DNA of 64,000 nt from Octopus sinensis (taxonomy: Eukaryota): NCBI RefSeq assembly GCF_006345805.1, contig NC_042997.1:96410001-96474000 (forward strand). Reading direction: 5' to 3'. Below are positions 13,135 through 27,210 of the stretch, piece by piece (the stretch's first letter is position 1; each line of letters opens with the position of its first letter). The notes beneath the pieces are model-generated. The model did not search any database, had not been told where the DNA came from, and worked only from the letters and a program-made list of their open reading frames with translations. The position numbers and the translations under genes were made by a program.

Positions 13135-14193
13135 TCCCCTCTCTTTCTGTCTCTCTCTTTTCTAACGATCTTCTTTACCGCTACCCATTTTCCCCTCTCA
13201 CTGATACACCCTCTATTTTGTTTTATGACTTTTATTCCTACATGTTAACACTTTGTCCTTTTCTGACCTCTTGCTTTTTCATTCCTCACTCACTTTTCCT
13301 CTCTCTCTAATTCCTTCATTTACTACATCTCCTCCTCTGTCTCTGGGATTCTTTCTCTTTTACTCTGTTTGTAGCATTCTTTACTCATTACGTTTCACCA
13401 AACTAAGTATATGCACTCCTCTTGCAACTCTTATGTTAACACTCTCTGCATTTATTTTTTAATTCTCTCCCACTTCTTTGTGTACGATGTAAAGCGTGAC
13501 TGGAGAAGTCAATGAGCAAACTAACTTTTATATCGGCTATTGTATTTTACTAATAACGCCATGTGACACATTCGGGGATCATGCCAAATACAAATACCGA
13601 ATGAAAAATGTTGAGTGGAATTATCCTCAATGATTTTCTGATATCCTTTATCAAATTTTTGCATACAAGCTTTGGAATCTTCAATACAAAATCTAAAATC
13701 AAAAATAGAAATCAAATTAAAGTGGGCATAGAATGTAGCTCTTTCTTTTGAGTGTACAGTAACGGTAGGACAAGTGCTGTTAGTGTTGATGTAACTGCAC
13801 ACGTTAGGGTTCTCTCTCATTGTAGTTTGACTCTTGTAGTTATGTGAAATGCATCTGTTCCTGTTTGATAGTCGTGTGAATTCAGGTTGATGGTGTAGTG
13901 AATAGGATGTGTAGTTACAGTTGATTAGAGGAAGGAGTATGCAGAAATCTGCAGGTACAGGATATAACATTTGAAGTACCAAGTGCATTTAGTTGGATTG
14001 TGGTAGATTGCATTGGTAGCAGAGTTTGTTAAATACGCTGCTATAGTCCTGACAATGTACACGTAGAAAATATTGCCAGTGAGGAAAAAGAAGGGGAGAG
14101 AAATAAAAGAAACAAGAGAGAACAACAATAATGTAAAGATGGTGATAGAAATGTTGATAAATTAACTTAACCTAAGTCTTATTCCGCTTACAG

Positions 14194-14230
14194 GAAGAAT
14201 TACACCCGAACTGGAATGTGTTTCTTGCAC
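14194..14230 (+). other. Possible 37-nt exon (cttacag| ... |gtaagc)
   Basis: Good acceptor and donor, branch-point-like cttaac upstream, open in all three frames; unverified. Confidence 0.25.
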
Positions 14231-14879
14231 GTAAGCGAGTAGAAAAAGTTTCATCCCTCAGGTTTTGGATATTGGCCGGAAAGGTGACAATATTCAACTC
14301 TTTCATTCCATACTTTTGCACTTACTTCTGCTTCCATTGTAAAATTTCACTTTCTCTTCGTTATATTCAATGGAGTACTCCTCTCTCGCCTTTCCTTTCA
14401 ATCGTTAGATCTATTCTGGAGCGAAGGGAAATTTTGTTTCTTTGTATATGCTCTTACGAAGAAAGAAAACTGAATCTTTTGGTTTATATTCATACAGATG
14501 ATGATGATGATGCATTGAATACGTTTTATTATGATTTTAAAATATTGGTACCTATGTTACCTAGACAACTTTAATTAATATTAGTCGTGTTTATGTTATA
14601 TTAGCCGTGTTATGTTTTGTGGAGAAATTAATCTTAATTAGGGTTAAAAAACAACAAGTTATGTTTGTATTTTATTTATTCTCGCATTAGTAACTCCAGT
14701 GTAATTAACTCTATCATCGATTCACTTTTAACATATACTGAATTCTATTAAATCTATTGTATATGAGTTTTATTAGTGACCGGCCGTCACTAATTTTACG
14801 TTATATCGAAAACTTTTATTAATTATTGATACTAATACTAAATTTGTATTAATTTTAATCTTCATGTCAATTTGTCTAA

Positions 14880-15300
14880 ACATGGTAATTTCTAGATTGC
14901 TCTACTAATCTATATCGTGCCCTCTAATATGTTCCTTTATCTCTTGAAAGATATCTCAAGATAGTTACATGTCAGCTTAAAGTCTTATGCCTAATTTACA
15001 TCTCAGTATATACAATGAAATATGCAGAACTGATACGATACTCATGTTCTGCCAAAATTATTAACTAGCGCAGCATAGGCTTCGTTTCTATGTTTCTTGA
15101 TCCAAAATAAATCTTCATAATATATCATAATATTATATAGATGACGGTAATAGTTATAATAGTAAAACTTTTACCAAATCTTAGTGTAATGAGAAGCAGA
15201 TATCTACATATTAGAGGTTGAATTGATATCAAACTCAATTAATCTATATCTAAAGAATTTTTGATATATTAAATCTCTGAAATTAACTACGCTTACAATG
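14880..15300 (+). mobile_element. Highly decayed Penelope-like RT relic
   Basis: gaaatatgcagaactg (EICEL-like) followed by ttatatagatgacggt (LYRDDG-like); many lesions. Confidence 0.3.
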
Positions 15301-16403
15301 TTGAATTTTTTTCTGGCTAACTGTATTTCCTATAGTGTTGCCATTATGTTCTGTAAGTGAAATCTATGATCTACATGTGTTGATACACCGGAAGGGAGCG
15401 CCTTCGTGGTCTGTGTTTTAAAAAGGCTAAGCTTTTACTTAGAAACTTTCTGTGTGGAAGAGACTTTTTAAAAATACTTTTTTTTATGCGTTTATCAAAT
15501 TTATTCCCACTTAAATATGGTTTTTCAGTTTGAACAAAGTATATTGTAGTAGTACAAGAGAAATTCTCATATTGACTTTGAATGCAAAATAGATTCTTGT
15601 TTATATCGCTAGCGGAGGAGAAATATCCTTAACAGCCCCAGCGCCGAGACTACCAGAACACGTAATTTCGATCATCCTTGGTTTTGTTAATGATAGAATC
15701 ATCAAACCGTAGAGGTAGCAACGTATCACCTCAAGGCCAGTATGTAGTACCATAAATTTCATTTGAATAGTTGGTTTTATCGCCAGAGACGAACTGATGT
15801 CTAGTGATTTTAAATTAGCTTTCCGTTTATTATTGAAAGCTATTCGCGTGGTTATTGAATTTGTTATATCTTTAGAAGATTCAAAATGTTTGTCATAAGT
15901 TTTTCCGTTATTTTCTGTTTTGTTTTTTTTTCTTTCGTTTCCTCTGATGATTAATGAAATTGACTTGGCTGTATATAGACGCGCTGAGTCAATTTTTTCT
16001 AGTGAAACAACTAAATTAATCATGGACCTAGGCACCAATATGTCTTGATATGTTGCCTGATGGAAAGAATTCTTGCTTAATACGGATTCTTTTTTAAGAT
16101 CGAACATTCCTGAGGCCTTCCCTTTTCATTTCGTGCAGCAGTGTAGGCTCGTTTAAAGTACAAGAACGTCTCTCAAGTGCTACAAGTATACATAATTTGG
16201 TACTAAAGAACGCGGTAGGTAAGAGCGACGACATCACCATAGTAGAGCCGAATTAATTATTTTGACTAAAAATATATCCTGTTACAGGAGTCAGAGAGAT
16301 TCCTGGCCAAATAACAGGAAATTGGTTACGTGGAAGAATTAAACGCCATTGCATATATTGTTTACATATGTGTATGTTATACACACACATATATATATAT
16401 GTA

Positions 16404-16473
<70 letters not shown>

Positions 16474-16504
16474 GTGTCTGTATGTATGTATGTATGTTTG
16501 TTCG

Positions 16505-16995
16505 TATGTATGATGGACTCTCCCGTCGGTTTCGTCGTATAGGCTCCGACAACATGCCCTTTCTTTGTCAGTCACAATGCTTATGTGGAATGTGTCATTT
16601 CAGTCCTGCCAATGATGTGCAAAGAAGGTCACATGTGTTGCAAGTATGAGGATTACACGTCAGTGTAGGTGGTATATTTGCAGCCGCTTTTCTCCTTTGC
16701 TTTGCACCCTGAAACCTGTTAATACTGGTGGCAACAACATTTTTAATAACATTTTTCTGCAACTTTCTCCATTTTGTTCGTACCCAGGTTTTTCGCTCAA
16801 AGTTGTTCTGCGCTATCTTCATCTCTAAGCGGTTATGCTTCAGCTTGTGCTTATATCTGAGACGTGGTCGACCAACATTCCTGTACCCACTCTCAAGCTG
16901 AATGTACATGAGGACTTTGGGTATTCTTTTGCTACTCATTCTGACGACATGGCTAACCCAACGCAATTGTGACTGTATAACAAAGCTCTCAGGAA
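16505..16995 (-). mobile_element. RTE (BovB-like) LINE 3' fragment
   Basis: QSQLRWVSHVVRMSSKRIPKVLMY..GYRNVGRPRLRYK..CNTCDLLCTSLAGL (terminal Zn finger); short 3' UTR running into (TACA)n. Confidence 0.9.
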
Positions 16996-17048
16996 CCTCT
17001 CAATTCCACTAATTCCATCACACACACACACATATACACACACGCAGA

Positions 17049-17088
<40 letters not shown>

Positions 17089-18102
17089 GTGTGTGTATGT
17101 ATGTATGTATGTATGTATGTACGTGTGTATGCAAGCGTGTACCTGCGAGTAAATATATATGTGAGTTTATGTTTATATGTATATATGTATATATGTATAT
17201 ATATGTATATATATATGTATATATACATTAGAAAACCTCGCTAAGATAAGTATTTATTTATATTTAAGATCTTTAAATTGTAAATTTTTATATTTTATAA
17301 GTCTTTGGTGTAATAATATTTTCCTTGTATAAATATCGTTGTTTATGTAATGATCTAATTATCGTAATTTTCTATATTATTAGATATTAAATTTAAGTTT
17401 ATTCGTAAGATACTACTTAGCGATAGATTTGTTGTCTGATAGTAAGTATATGAGGTGACTAAAGTTAGGCTTTTGTATATACATGTATTAATAGTATTAA
17501 TTGTAGTTTTAAATTTCTTATAATTAAAATTAGATAAACTTTGATAAACTTAGATATGTTTCGACTAAAGATTGGTCCAGGCCATGTCTAACTTAATAGC
17601 ATAACTTAGTTATTGTCTTTTTAAATTGATATTCGCTAGTTATTCCCATTGATAATTATATTTATAGTATTTATAGTAATTATTCGATATTATATAACTA
17701 CGAATTGATTATTTCTATAAGTATTTTACATAAGATTTCCACAAGTTCGTTTAAGTTTGTGTTGTTTGTATTTTTGAAATTAGCTATTTCATCTTTAAAT
17801 ATGAAAAATTAATTTATTAGGTTTTTATTATATGTGCATATATATTTATTTATAGAGATGATTTTAGATCTTAATTATAATACATTTATATATTTTCATT
17901 GATAATTTATATATAATAGTCATTTTTTTTATATTTATGTAATTAGATATAGACTATTACTGATTTTAGACTATTGGTGGGTTTCCTACCTTATAAATTA
18001 AAATTAATATTTAACATTATAATCGATTTTGATATAATCATAATTGTTAAGTTTTAAGTTTCTAGTTTGATAATAGAGTTTATTATAAGTAAAATTATTA
18101 TT

Positions 18103-18514
18103 ACTCTTTTACTCTCTTTTAGTCTTTTACTTGTTTCAGTCATTTGACTGCGGCCATGCTAGAGCACCGCCTTTAGTCGAGCATATCGACCCCGGGACTT
18201 ATTCTTTGTAAGCCTAGTACTTATTCTATCGGTCTCTTTTGCCGAACCGGTAAGTGACGGGGACGTAAACACACCAGCATCGGTTGTCAAGCAATGCTAG
18301 GGGGACTAACACAGAGATACAAACATACACACACACTTATATATATATATACATATATACGACAGGCTTCTTTCAGTTTCCGTCTACCAAATCCACTCAC
18401 AAGGCATTGGTCGGCCCGGGCTATAGCAGAAGACACTTGCCCAAGATGTCACGCAGTGGGACTGAACCCCGAACCATGTGGTTGGTTAGCAGCTACTACC
18501 ACACAGCCACTCCT
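18103..18514 (-). mobile_element. SINE family A, full length
   Basis: Near-identical reverse complement of 62677-63090. Confidence 0.95.
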
Positions 18515-18809
18515 ATATATATATTATATATAATATATATATAATATATATCTATATATGTGTGTGGTGTGTGTGTATATATATATATATACATGTATAT
18601 ATTATATTTATATATATAATATAATATATATATATATATATATTTTTAAATAGATGAATGAAATATCCTATGTTTATCGTCAACATGGAACATTTCGTTT
18701 AACCGAAACCTGAGGTAGCAAATTCACGTCAGAAACACGGTTGAAGCGACCTGTCAAGGGTAGAAACTCCGGGTTCATGTGCAGAAAATTTGTGTGTTGT
18801 ATATGATAA

Positions 18810-19185
18810 ATGAAAATGAAAGAATGGAGTCGAACGAAGATGTTAACAAAATTCCTTTACTATCGACATATGTTTCGAAGACAACATGTTTACATTCCAA
18901 AGGAATAAAGGGTGCATTATGCAATCTTCTCATCTTCCTACTATCTATCTTTGACGTCAATTCTTCTAACGGTATTTTTAAAAAACACTCGTTTTGTTTA
19001 CCATGTAGGCAGTCATCGAAATTTTTGTTTGTCTTGTAGTCGAGAGAGGCTCCCTTTGTTTCCTGAGAAGAAGATTGCATAATGCACCCTTTATTCCTTT
19101 GGAGTGAAATGATGTTGTCTTCGAAACATATGTCGAGAGTAAAGGAATTTTGTAACATCTTCGTTCGACTCCATTCTTTCATTTA

Positions 19186-19190
<5 letters not shown>
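18810..19190. mobile_element. Fold-back element (~125 bp arms, ~130 bp spacer) with a hammerhead-like motif in each arm
   Basis: Arms 18810-18932 and 19064-19190. Right arm CTGAGAA-GAAGA..TCTTC-GAAA-CATATG-TC; left arm reverse complement gives ..GATGA-GAAGA, so the consensus is CTGATGA. Confidence 0.85.
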
Positions 19191-19261
<71 letters not shown>

Positions 19262-19958
19262 TATATACATATATGCATACATACATGCATACATAAACAC
19301 AGTGAGGTATATAACACGTTGCCTAAATACCAATCTTGTGAAATAAGGCTTCTCAAACCAGAAAGGAAAAAGCTGTTTCGAAGACTACAGATCCAATCTA
19401 CCACTGGAACTGTAAAAATCTATAAAACTTCCCAGAAGTGTATCACTTAAGTATATATGAGCATGTGTTGAAATAAAACTGAATAATGACATACATATAG
19501 ACGTACCTACTTACACGTGCATATAGCTGTGGTTTAGGAGAAAGTAAATGAAACATAAGGCTTTAGTGATAGGTAGCGAAATGAAGTCAGTTTTATTCTT
19601 TATGATACAAATTGGTGCTAAGTGGTAAAGGGAAGGCAACGACGTGTGTTGGGACAAGTCATGAACTTGAAATAAGATACTAGAGATGAGAAAAGCGGAA
19701 GTATTATGTAGGTCATTTCACCTATTTTGATTTATCTATCGATATCGATATCGATGCCACTGTATGTGTGTTTTTGTACGTGTATGTGTATGTATATGTG
19801 GATGTGCTTATGTGTGTGTGTGTGGATGTGCTTATGTGTGTGTATGTGTGTGTGCAATAACACTCACTCAGCATGTACGCTTATCGCACGAAATCGAGAA
19901 GTCATGATAGTTATGCATTGGGTTAATATGCTATGGACTTCCCCCTCTCTCTCTCGCC

Positions 19959-20003
<45 letters not shown>

Positions 20004-20102
20004 AAATACCCCAAAAGAAGAACAACCAACACAATAAACAACAATGTGAAGACGTGGTACATTTAAAGTATTAGCAAACGCTCAGGGAAGGAAAGGGAGA
20101 TG

Positions 20103-20137
20103 GTTTAACGTTTCGAGTAACGGGCTTCTTCAGAAAC
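20103..20137 (-). ncRNA. Minimal hammerhead ribozyme motif within a short Penelope-like terminal repeat (~20000-20200)
   Basis: GTTT-CTGAAGA-AGCCCGTTACTC-GAAA-CG-TT-AAAC: intact core, 4 bp stem I, palindromic stem III, weak stem II. Confidence 0.55.
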
Positions 20138-20339
20138 AGAGTAAAGTGCAATAATAGGGAAGACGGGGGAAGAATATAGCATGTGGTTACATTTTGAAAT
20201 GCCATATATATATATATATATACGTGTATACATACACATATATATATATGTGTGTGAAAGAATGTGTGAGAGTATGCATCTATGTATATATAAATGTATA
20301 TAGGAAAACCATGCTACATTAAGTGGACAACAAATACGT

Positions 20340-21215
20340 AGCATGGATCTGCTTCTCTAGGTACCGACTGCAGACCCACCGACTTCTAGTTGCTCCTGTC
20401 ACCGCTTCGTACTCCCTTAGAGCAGCACCGACCATCTCGATTACTATTACGTCGTCTGCGTAAAGCGACAAGAACGTTCTGCATCCTAGATCACGCCCGA
20501 TGCTCATTCAAAAATTCAGCTTCTGCAGCAATGGCGCGAGAGTCAGTTTGTACAGAAGAGGTAAGAATAAACATCCTTGACTGACCGAACGAGCGACGCT
20601 AAACGATTCCGATATGTGGCCATATACCTTGACCTTGGAACAGATGTCGCTGTACAGTGCAGCGATCCAGCCTCTAAAAACCGAAACTTGCTACCACGAG
20701 AACAGCTTCTAAATTGTGGTGGTCGATCCTATTAAATGCTTTCGACTGATCTAAATTGATAGACACGCACACATACACATGCACGCACACACACATATAC
20801 ACATACGGGCACACACATGCGTGAACACCTTCATCTCCATCTACATATGCACAGGAGCACACGCACAAGCGCTCGCCCACACAAATGTGCACGTATACCT
20901 AAATGCACATGCACGGGTGCACATGTACATGGGTGACCATATCCAATTGATGTGTTTCGTCTCGAAGGTCACGAAGTCTCCAGAGAAAGCGCAGCAGAGA
21001 AGTGGAGTTCTCTCTGTCTTTGAATCTAAATAAATGCAAGTATCTTCCCTCGAAGACATTGGCTAGTCATACCATCAGACGGTGTAAGCGTAGCTCTGTA
21101 TAATGCAGCCTTTACGAGACAGGATCCTCCTAGAGGACAAGTGGTGGGGTCTCGCCAGTTGCCTGTTGGGATTGCGGGTTGTGTAGGTGCGTCTTTAAGC
21201 CTATTGATGCGTGCG
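20340..21215 (-). mobile_element. L1/Tx1-clade LINE RT relic, interrupted by a CA-rich microsatellite
   Basis: INLDQSKAFNRIDH and LSLYADDV..LREYEAVTGA motifs. Confidence 0.75.
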
Positions 21216-21219
21216 ATAT

Positions 21220-21264
<45 letters not shown>

Positions 21265-21281
21265 CAGGGAGAGATAGATAT

Positions 21282-21283
<2 letters not shown>

Positions 21284-21376
<93 letters not shown>
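21284..21376. repeat. (GATA)n microsatellite
   Basis: Direct reading. Confidence 0.97.
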
Positions 21377-22177
21377 CGTCTTTTTTGCTCTCTGACCATC
21401 GAGCTGTGTATCTATTTACCTATTTATCACTTTATCACTCTCCCTCTCTCTCTCTAGTCTTTTCTTTATAACCATCCATTCACGCGTTTATATCTCCCCA
21501 TCAATAATCTTAAATCAATTCATAGTTAATCAAAATTCCTTAATGTGCAACTAGCTTCAGTATCAGGAAATTCTCTCTTTTGTGCGGATGAATGTGTCTA
21601 GTGTTCTGTTATACAATAACGTGCATCTCTTATTTCTTTTATCCATTACACACGACTCTTCTTTTCGTCCATAAATACCTTACATTTAGACACGTTTTTC
21701 CATCCATTTTCTGGTTATCTTTTACCTTCTCTCACTTTATATTTTCGTCTTTGTCTCAGTCTGCTTCTCTGTCTGCTTCTCTCTCTCGCTCTCTCTCTCT
21801 CTCTATCTCTCTCAACATCTGTGTCTTTGCTTAGCTTACTGTCACTGTCTCTGTCTCTCTGTCTCTCTGTCTCTCACCCTCTCTTTCCTTTTAATTGTCT
21901 AAGTCACTCTGCATCAAACGCTGTTCTGTGAAAATCAGGCATCGATTCATTGGCATCGTAATTCAAATTTGACCTAAATTAGTTACAGTTGTGTTACCGT
22001 AAATGTGCATGCATTGATTTACTAATGTGAAAAAAACGGCATATATATATATATATATATATACATACACATATATATATATATATATATATACATGTAT
22101 ATATATATATACATATATAAGTATATATATATAGACACACACACACACGTACGCGCATATATATCTATATGTATGTG

Positions 22178-22260
<83 letters not shown>

Positions 22261-22722
22261 ATATACATGTATACACATGCTCACATACATATATGAACAA
22301 ACATTTATACACGCACACATTTTTCTGTGGGAAAGTCATTTTTGTCAATTAACTATACACAAAAATCTCTCACGTACACCGTTTCTCCGTATTAGAACGA
22401 AGAGTAATTAAAATGTCAGTATTCTTATCAATTACCAAATATCACCTTGCACTTTTGAGATCTTGTCACTGACACAGTTCCACAATATCGCTGAATGTAT
22501 GTTAAATTCCAATGAATTTATGCAACTTCCCAGGTGTAAAAATTTCATTGAAGTTTTCATAATTACGCGAGATGTATTATCTTCTCTGACAACTATGAAA
22601 TCAATAATATATTTTTAAACCGTTTTTTCTGTAACTAACAGTTATTTGGTGTGGAATTTCTCCCCTTTTTGGCTCTCTGCATATGTCTGTATATGTTGCA
22701 TAAATGTATATACGTACTATGT

Positions 22723-23150
22723 ATACGAGGGTGGGCTGAAAAAGTTCCTGAGACTAGAGATGTAAAACTTTGCATGCATTAATTTCATATCTTCTTTTTA
22801 ACAACTGCATTATTTCTTTCCAGGTAAACTAACATCAGGCTGTCCAGAGACAACTTCAAATGTGACTTGTAGGCACTTCTTTTGAAAATGAACTCACTTT
22901 GGCAGCGTGCAGTTATCAGGTACCTGCAGAAAATGGTTTAGTCCACAAGGACATTCATGCCAAATTGGTTACTACATTATAGGAAGACCCTCCAGTTCTC
23001 ATCAAATGCGAGCAGCTGAATTTAGGAGGGGAAGGGAGAGTCTTAATAATGATCCAAAGCTGGACGTCCTGCAACTCCTACCACCGAGGAATACATTGAT
23101 CGTGTTCCCTACTTAGTCGTCGATGACAGGTGATTGACTATAAATCAAAC
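22723..23150 (+). mobile_element. Mariner 5' fragment (TIR plus HTH region)
   Basis: TA-CGAGGGTGGGCTGAAAAAGTTC terminus; RAVIRYLQK..KDIHAKLV and FRRGRESLNNDPK. Confidence 0.8.
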
Positions 23151-23179
23151 AGCGATAATTTATATATATATATATATAT

Positions 23180-24071
23180 GAGATTAGTGGAGGGGAGGTA
23201 CGACGGCTAGCTCGGAGCGAACCTGGACGTCGACGAGGAATACCTGACCCACCTGTTCAGGACGACTTTCGGGCCAGGAACCATGGACAACTTCCAGAGA
23301 TCCCTGGCCTGGCAGTGCTATCGAGAAGCGCTACCCATTCGGGATAAGCTCTATAGACACGGCTCGAGAAACACGGGGCCGACCTGCCCGAGAAGCGGTC
23401 AGAGCGACGAAACCATTCTGCATGCACTCGTGCAATGTCCAACAATTTCCGACCTGTGGGCTTATATCGAACGACTCCTGTCACGTGTGGGACGAGTCGG
23501 TTTATCAGCCGAGTCTATCGACAATATTGTCACGCCTCCTTCCTTCAAACGGGAGGGAAGAGCTATTTTCATCATTCTTGTGGCTATGGCGAAAGAATGT
23601 ATCTGGTGGACGCATCTGAAAGGATTGGAGACAAACACTTTCCGCTCTGGTCAATCTCTCATCAACTTCTTCAAGTATCACTTGAAAAGGCAAGTGAGAG
23701 TTGAGAGGCAAGTTTTGTCTAGCGACTGTTTCAAAAAATAGATGGGTGAATGTAACAAGGATGGCACGTATGACTGACGAAGCCACCTTGAGCATAATCC
23801 TATGAACCCGAAAAAAATTAAAACAGAGTGTTACTTACTTGCAAACAAATGTGTTAACATGTGACATTATTGTCCGAGGTTACCGTGGTTTTTTCCGTAG
23901 GCTTTTCTTTCCACGGATAAAACTTATCTGCTTCCCCCTTTACACTTTACATCATGACATTTCTGTGATACACGATCCCTATTGATCGAAAACCTACCCC
24001 CCCTTTTTTCTCCCCAAAAAGAAAAGCTCTACTTTGTAATCTGTGTGCAGCCCTGTGTAGCTAATAAAGAA
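23180..24071 (+). mobile_element. L1/Tx1-clade LINE 3' fragment (zf-RVT/CCHC)
   Basis: LAWQCYREALPIRDKL..TCPRSGQSDETILHALVQCP; ends with aataaagaaa before a microsatellite. Confidence 0.85.
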
Positions 24072-24152
<81 letters not shown>

Positions 24153-25215
24153 GCATGTATATATGTATGTACACTCAAACATATATTTCTCAAAAAAAGA
24201 ACTCCATTCTTTTGCAAATTACACAGGAAATTATGAATCTCCCGTCATAATTTTTCCTAAGAAAACCTACGAATAAATATTTTTTGTTCTGTATTAAATA
24301 TTCATAAATGACCTTCTGCATAATTAGAAATGGCATGCATTAATCTATCACTCTTTATACCTCTATCTCTCACCTAATACATTACCAGCCTCTACGACTT
24401 ACAAATGCTATCCACTTCAGTTTCCTCTAATCCATTATTTCAGTAAACAGATGAATGATTATTTTCTTAGTCACTTTTGTATTCCTTTTATAATCAATAA
24501 GTTTTCCATGAATGAATAACGTATAATTTTTGCAAAGTTTAGCAAGCAAGGCAGCGTCAGCATTCTGTCATTGTTTTTACCTCTATCTCACAGGCTGCTT
24601 CCCCCTGCCTGTCAGTCTATCTCAATATATGTATTGATGCATTTACATATACACCTAGACAAGCACTCACAAAGACAAATGCACGCTTTTTACTCAAGTT
24701 ATCATGCTACAATTTTGGAAAATACGAATATAATTCTTTTGAAAACATCAGTAAAAATTGGAACGAAAATGACGAATTTGTCTTGTTTTTCAAAACCTAA
24801 ATATATATCTATTTTCTATTTCTGTTCAACTTAACAGTTAACTTCTTTACAATACTACTAAGGTGTCCACACACAGTCAGTTGTATGTTGTTATCAGTAG
24901 AGCTGGAAATCTATCAGACTTAAAGACTTTTGCGACTGAGCGTGTATTTACTATAATAAAAAGAATTTGCCTGACATCCCACTAAATTAGATAAGAAATT
25001 CACAAAAATTATTGTATATTCAGACATTGTGTGTCACAATTTATTCTTTGGGTATATAATGTTACATACAGAAATATAACATAAAAACTAATATGAAATT
25101 TGCTGTATTAAACGATTCTTTCAGTTCGATATGGTTTTTACTTAACTCTTTGTTGGATACATACCTAAAACTAAGAACATACACCAATGGGTCAAGATGG
25201 ATTTGGTATTAAACC

Positions 25216-25558
25216 TTATTTTATACAACGTTCGTTTCGACCCGTTCTGCTATATTCCTTTGTGTTCGACTCTGTTCAACAAGTGTTGCGTCTATTTTGC
25301 AGTCTGGGTCTCGTCAGGTACATTCATTGATGCAGTTGTGTCTCACTAAAGATCTAGAGTGTCGGCTACCATGTTGTTATATGCCCGTCTTATAACAACA
25401 TGGCAGCCGGCATTCAAGATATTTAATGTGACACAAAGTTATCTATGGATGTACCTGATGAGACCCAGACTGCAAAATAGATGCAACACTTGTTGAACAG
25501 AGTCGAATGCATAAACAACAATTGCAGGACAGGTCGAAGCGAACGTTGTAAAGAATAA
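25216..25558. mobile_element. Fold-back element (~165 bp arms, ~10 nt loop) with a hammerhead motif in each arm
   Basis: catgttgttata-tgcccgtct-tataacaacatg at the centre; arms pair throughout. Confidence 0.92.
25222..25323 (-). ncRNA. Type-I hammerhead ribozyme motif with extended stem II
   Basis: TGTAC-CTGACGA-GACCC-(~63 nt structured insert)-GGGTC-GAA-ACG-AA-CGT-T-GTATA; the right-arm copy (25449-25552, +) has CTGATGA but GAAG. Confidence 0.7.
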
Positions 25559-26069
25559 TTCCTTAAGGATAATTATGGATTGTAAATTATTTAGACAATA
25601 CATTTTAGTCAATGACAATTGTTAGAAAACGATATACAGTGAATAAGAAATATTGAATTTCTAAATCTCTCGTAGAGAGATTGTCTCCCCTTCGTATATG
25701 TATATAAGGACACAGGGAAAAAATGTGTCAAAGCTATCAGGAGGCGTTCGATGCTCCTAGGGCTATACAGCGGTGGTGTACCCCCTACTGTCACGTTCTT
25801 GTTAGATTGACAGTATACAACCATTCTATCGACACACAGTGAGCTCTTTACTATTACGCTATATTACAACTGAATAGTAGAACAATTAAATATTACATGC
25901 GGCATAACTACAGATTTCTGCCCGCTCCACCCCGAATTTGGATGATCATAGCTTTCAGAAAAATGGATATTTTTTGAATGAAAGTTTTCTACGAATATGT
26001 GTTATGTCATGTAGATTCAGAATATACAAAGTTTTAATAAACCTTTTTCTGGTGATATCTGAAATGAAC

Positions 26070-26206
26070 TTTAGCAAAGCATATTAAACAACGCTAATAA
26101 GACATTAAAAAGCATAAATATAAACAAGATTATGTCGGTTTTATAGATATTTGAAAATGATGATGCTATGATGCTAGGTGTTTCTATTATTTTGTCCGAC
26201 CCCTGT
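26070..26206 (-). mobile_element. Tc1-like element left end (same family as 28788-31912)
   Basis: ggtgtttctattattttgtccgacccctg is the reverse complement of the 28788 TIR, and the adjacent sequence matches too. Confidence 0.8.
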
Positions 26207-26219
26207 GAATATATATATA

Positions 26220-26267
<48 letters not shown>

Positions 26268-26277
26268 GGGAGAGGGT

Positions 26278-26432
26278 GTCCACCACCTCTGCTTGACAGC
26301 CGATGTTGTATTGTCTAAGTCCTCGAATATTTGGAATTAGACTTAGTACCTGTCGATTCATTCGACCAAACCCTTCAAAGTGGTAACCCAGCATGGTCGC
26401 AGTTCAATGACTGAAGCAAGTAAAAAATAAAA
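26278..26432 (+). mobile_element. SINE family A 3' fragment
   Basis: gcttgacagccgatg...ccagcatggtcgcagttcaatgactgaagcaagtaaaa. Confidence 0.8.
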
Positions 26433-27101
26433 CATTTATATAAGAATGTACGGATGTATATATACGTTTAAAAATAAATGCTGACATATGTAAATGATTT
26501 TTATTATATTTATACATTTATATAGTATAGATACGCATAGAAATACATATATGTGAAAGGGAAAACAGACATATGCACGCGCTTGTATTTGTGTCTATGA
26601 ATTAAACGGAATATATGTGTAAAGTATTCGCGTAGGCATGCTTATCATTGAGGAATCGTTAGACAAACTGAACCCAGTTCACTTGAACAGAAACAAAACA
26701 CAAATATAAGATTATGCTTTGAGCTGACTTTTCAAAACATTTTAGTTACAGACGTATTAGATATGCAAATATCTTGCAGCAAAAACACTACGTGCAAGTA
26801 ACTTATTGTTTTGGATATAAGAAAATGATGGCATATGGCCGAGTGTTTTAGGATGCTGCAAGCATGAGATCGTGATTTCATCTTCTGGACCTGGAGGTAC
26901 TTCGTGCAAACACGTTTCATGTCGCTCTGCTCTACAACGACTTCGATACCTTATGCGCGGTACACTGTGTACCTGTTCAGACGATTTGACAGAGGGAACT
27001 AATGTACAGCACATATACTTCAGCTCTATAAACTAATCATTTGTGCTGCTTCTTCAGTAAGGAATTGCATAATACCTCCTATCCAGGAATACCGGAGACC
27101 A

Positions 27102-27155
<54 letters not shown>

Positions 27156-27156
27156 A

Positions 27157-27205
<49 letters not shown>

Positions 27206-27210
<5 letters not shown>

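Noticed and set aside
15601-16107. 168-aa minus-strand ORF
   Set aside because: No recognisable domain; composition fits chance in AT-rich DNA.
17550-17620. Possible minus-strand hammerhead (ttagtcGAAAcatat) in an AT-rich Penelope-like relic
   Set aside because: CTGANGA core is absent; too degraded.
26760-27105. GC-richer island with a Cys-rich open frame on +
   Set aside because: No recognisable family or convincing splice boundaries.
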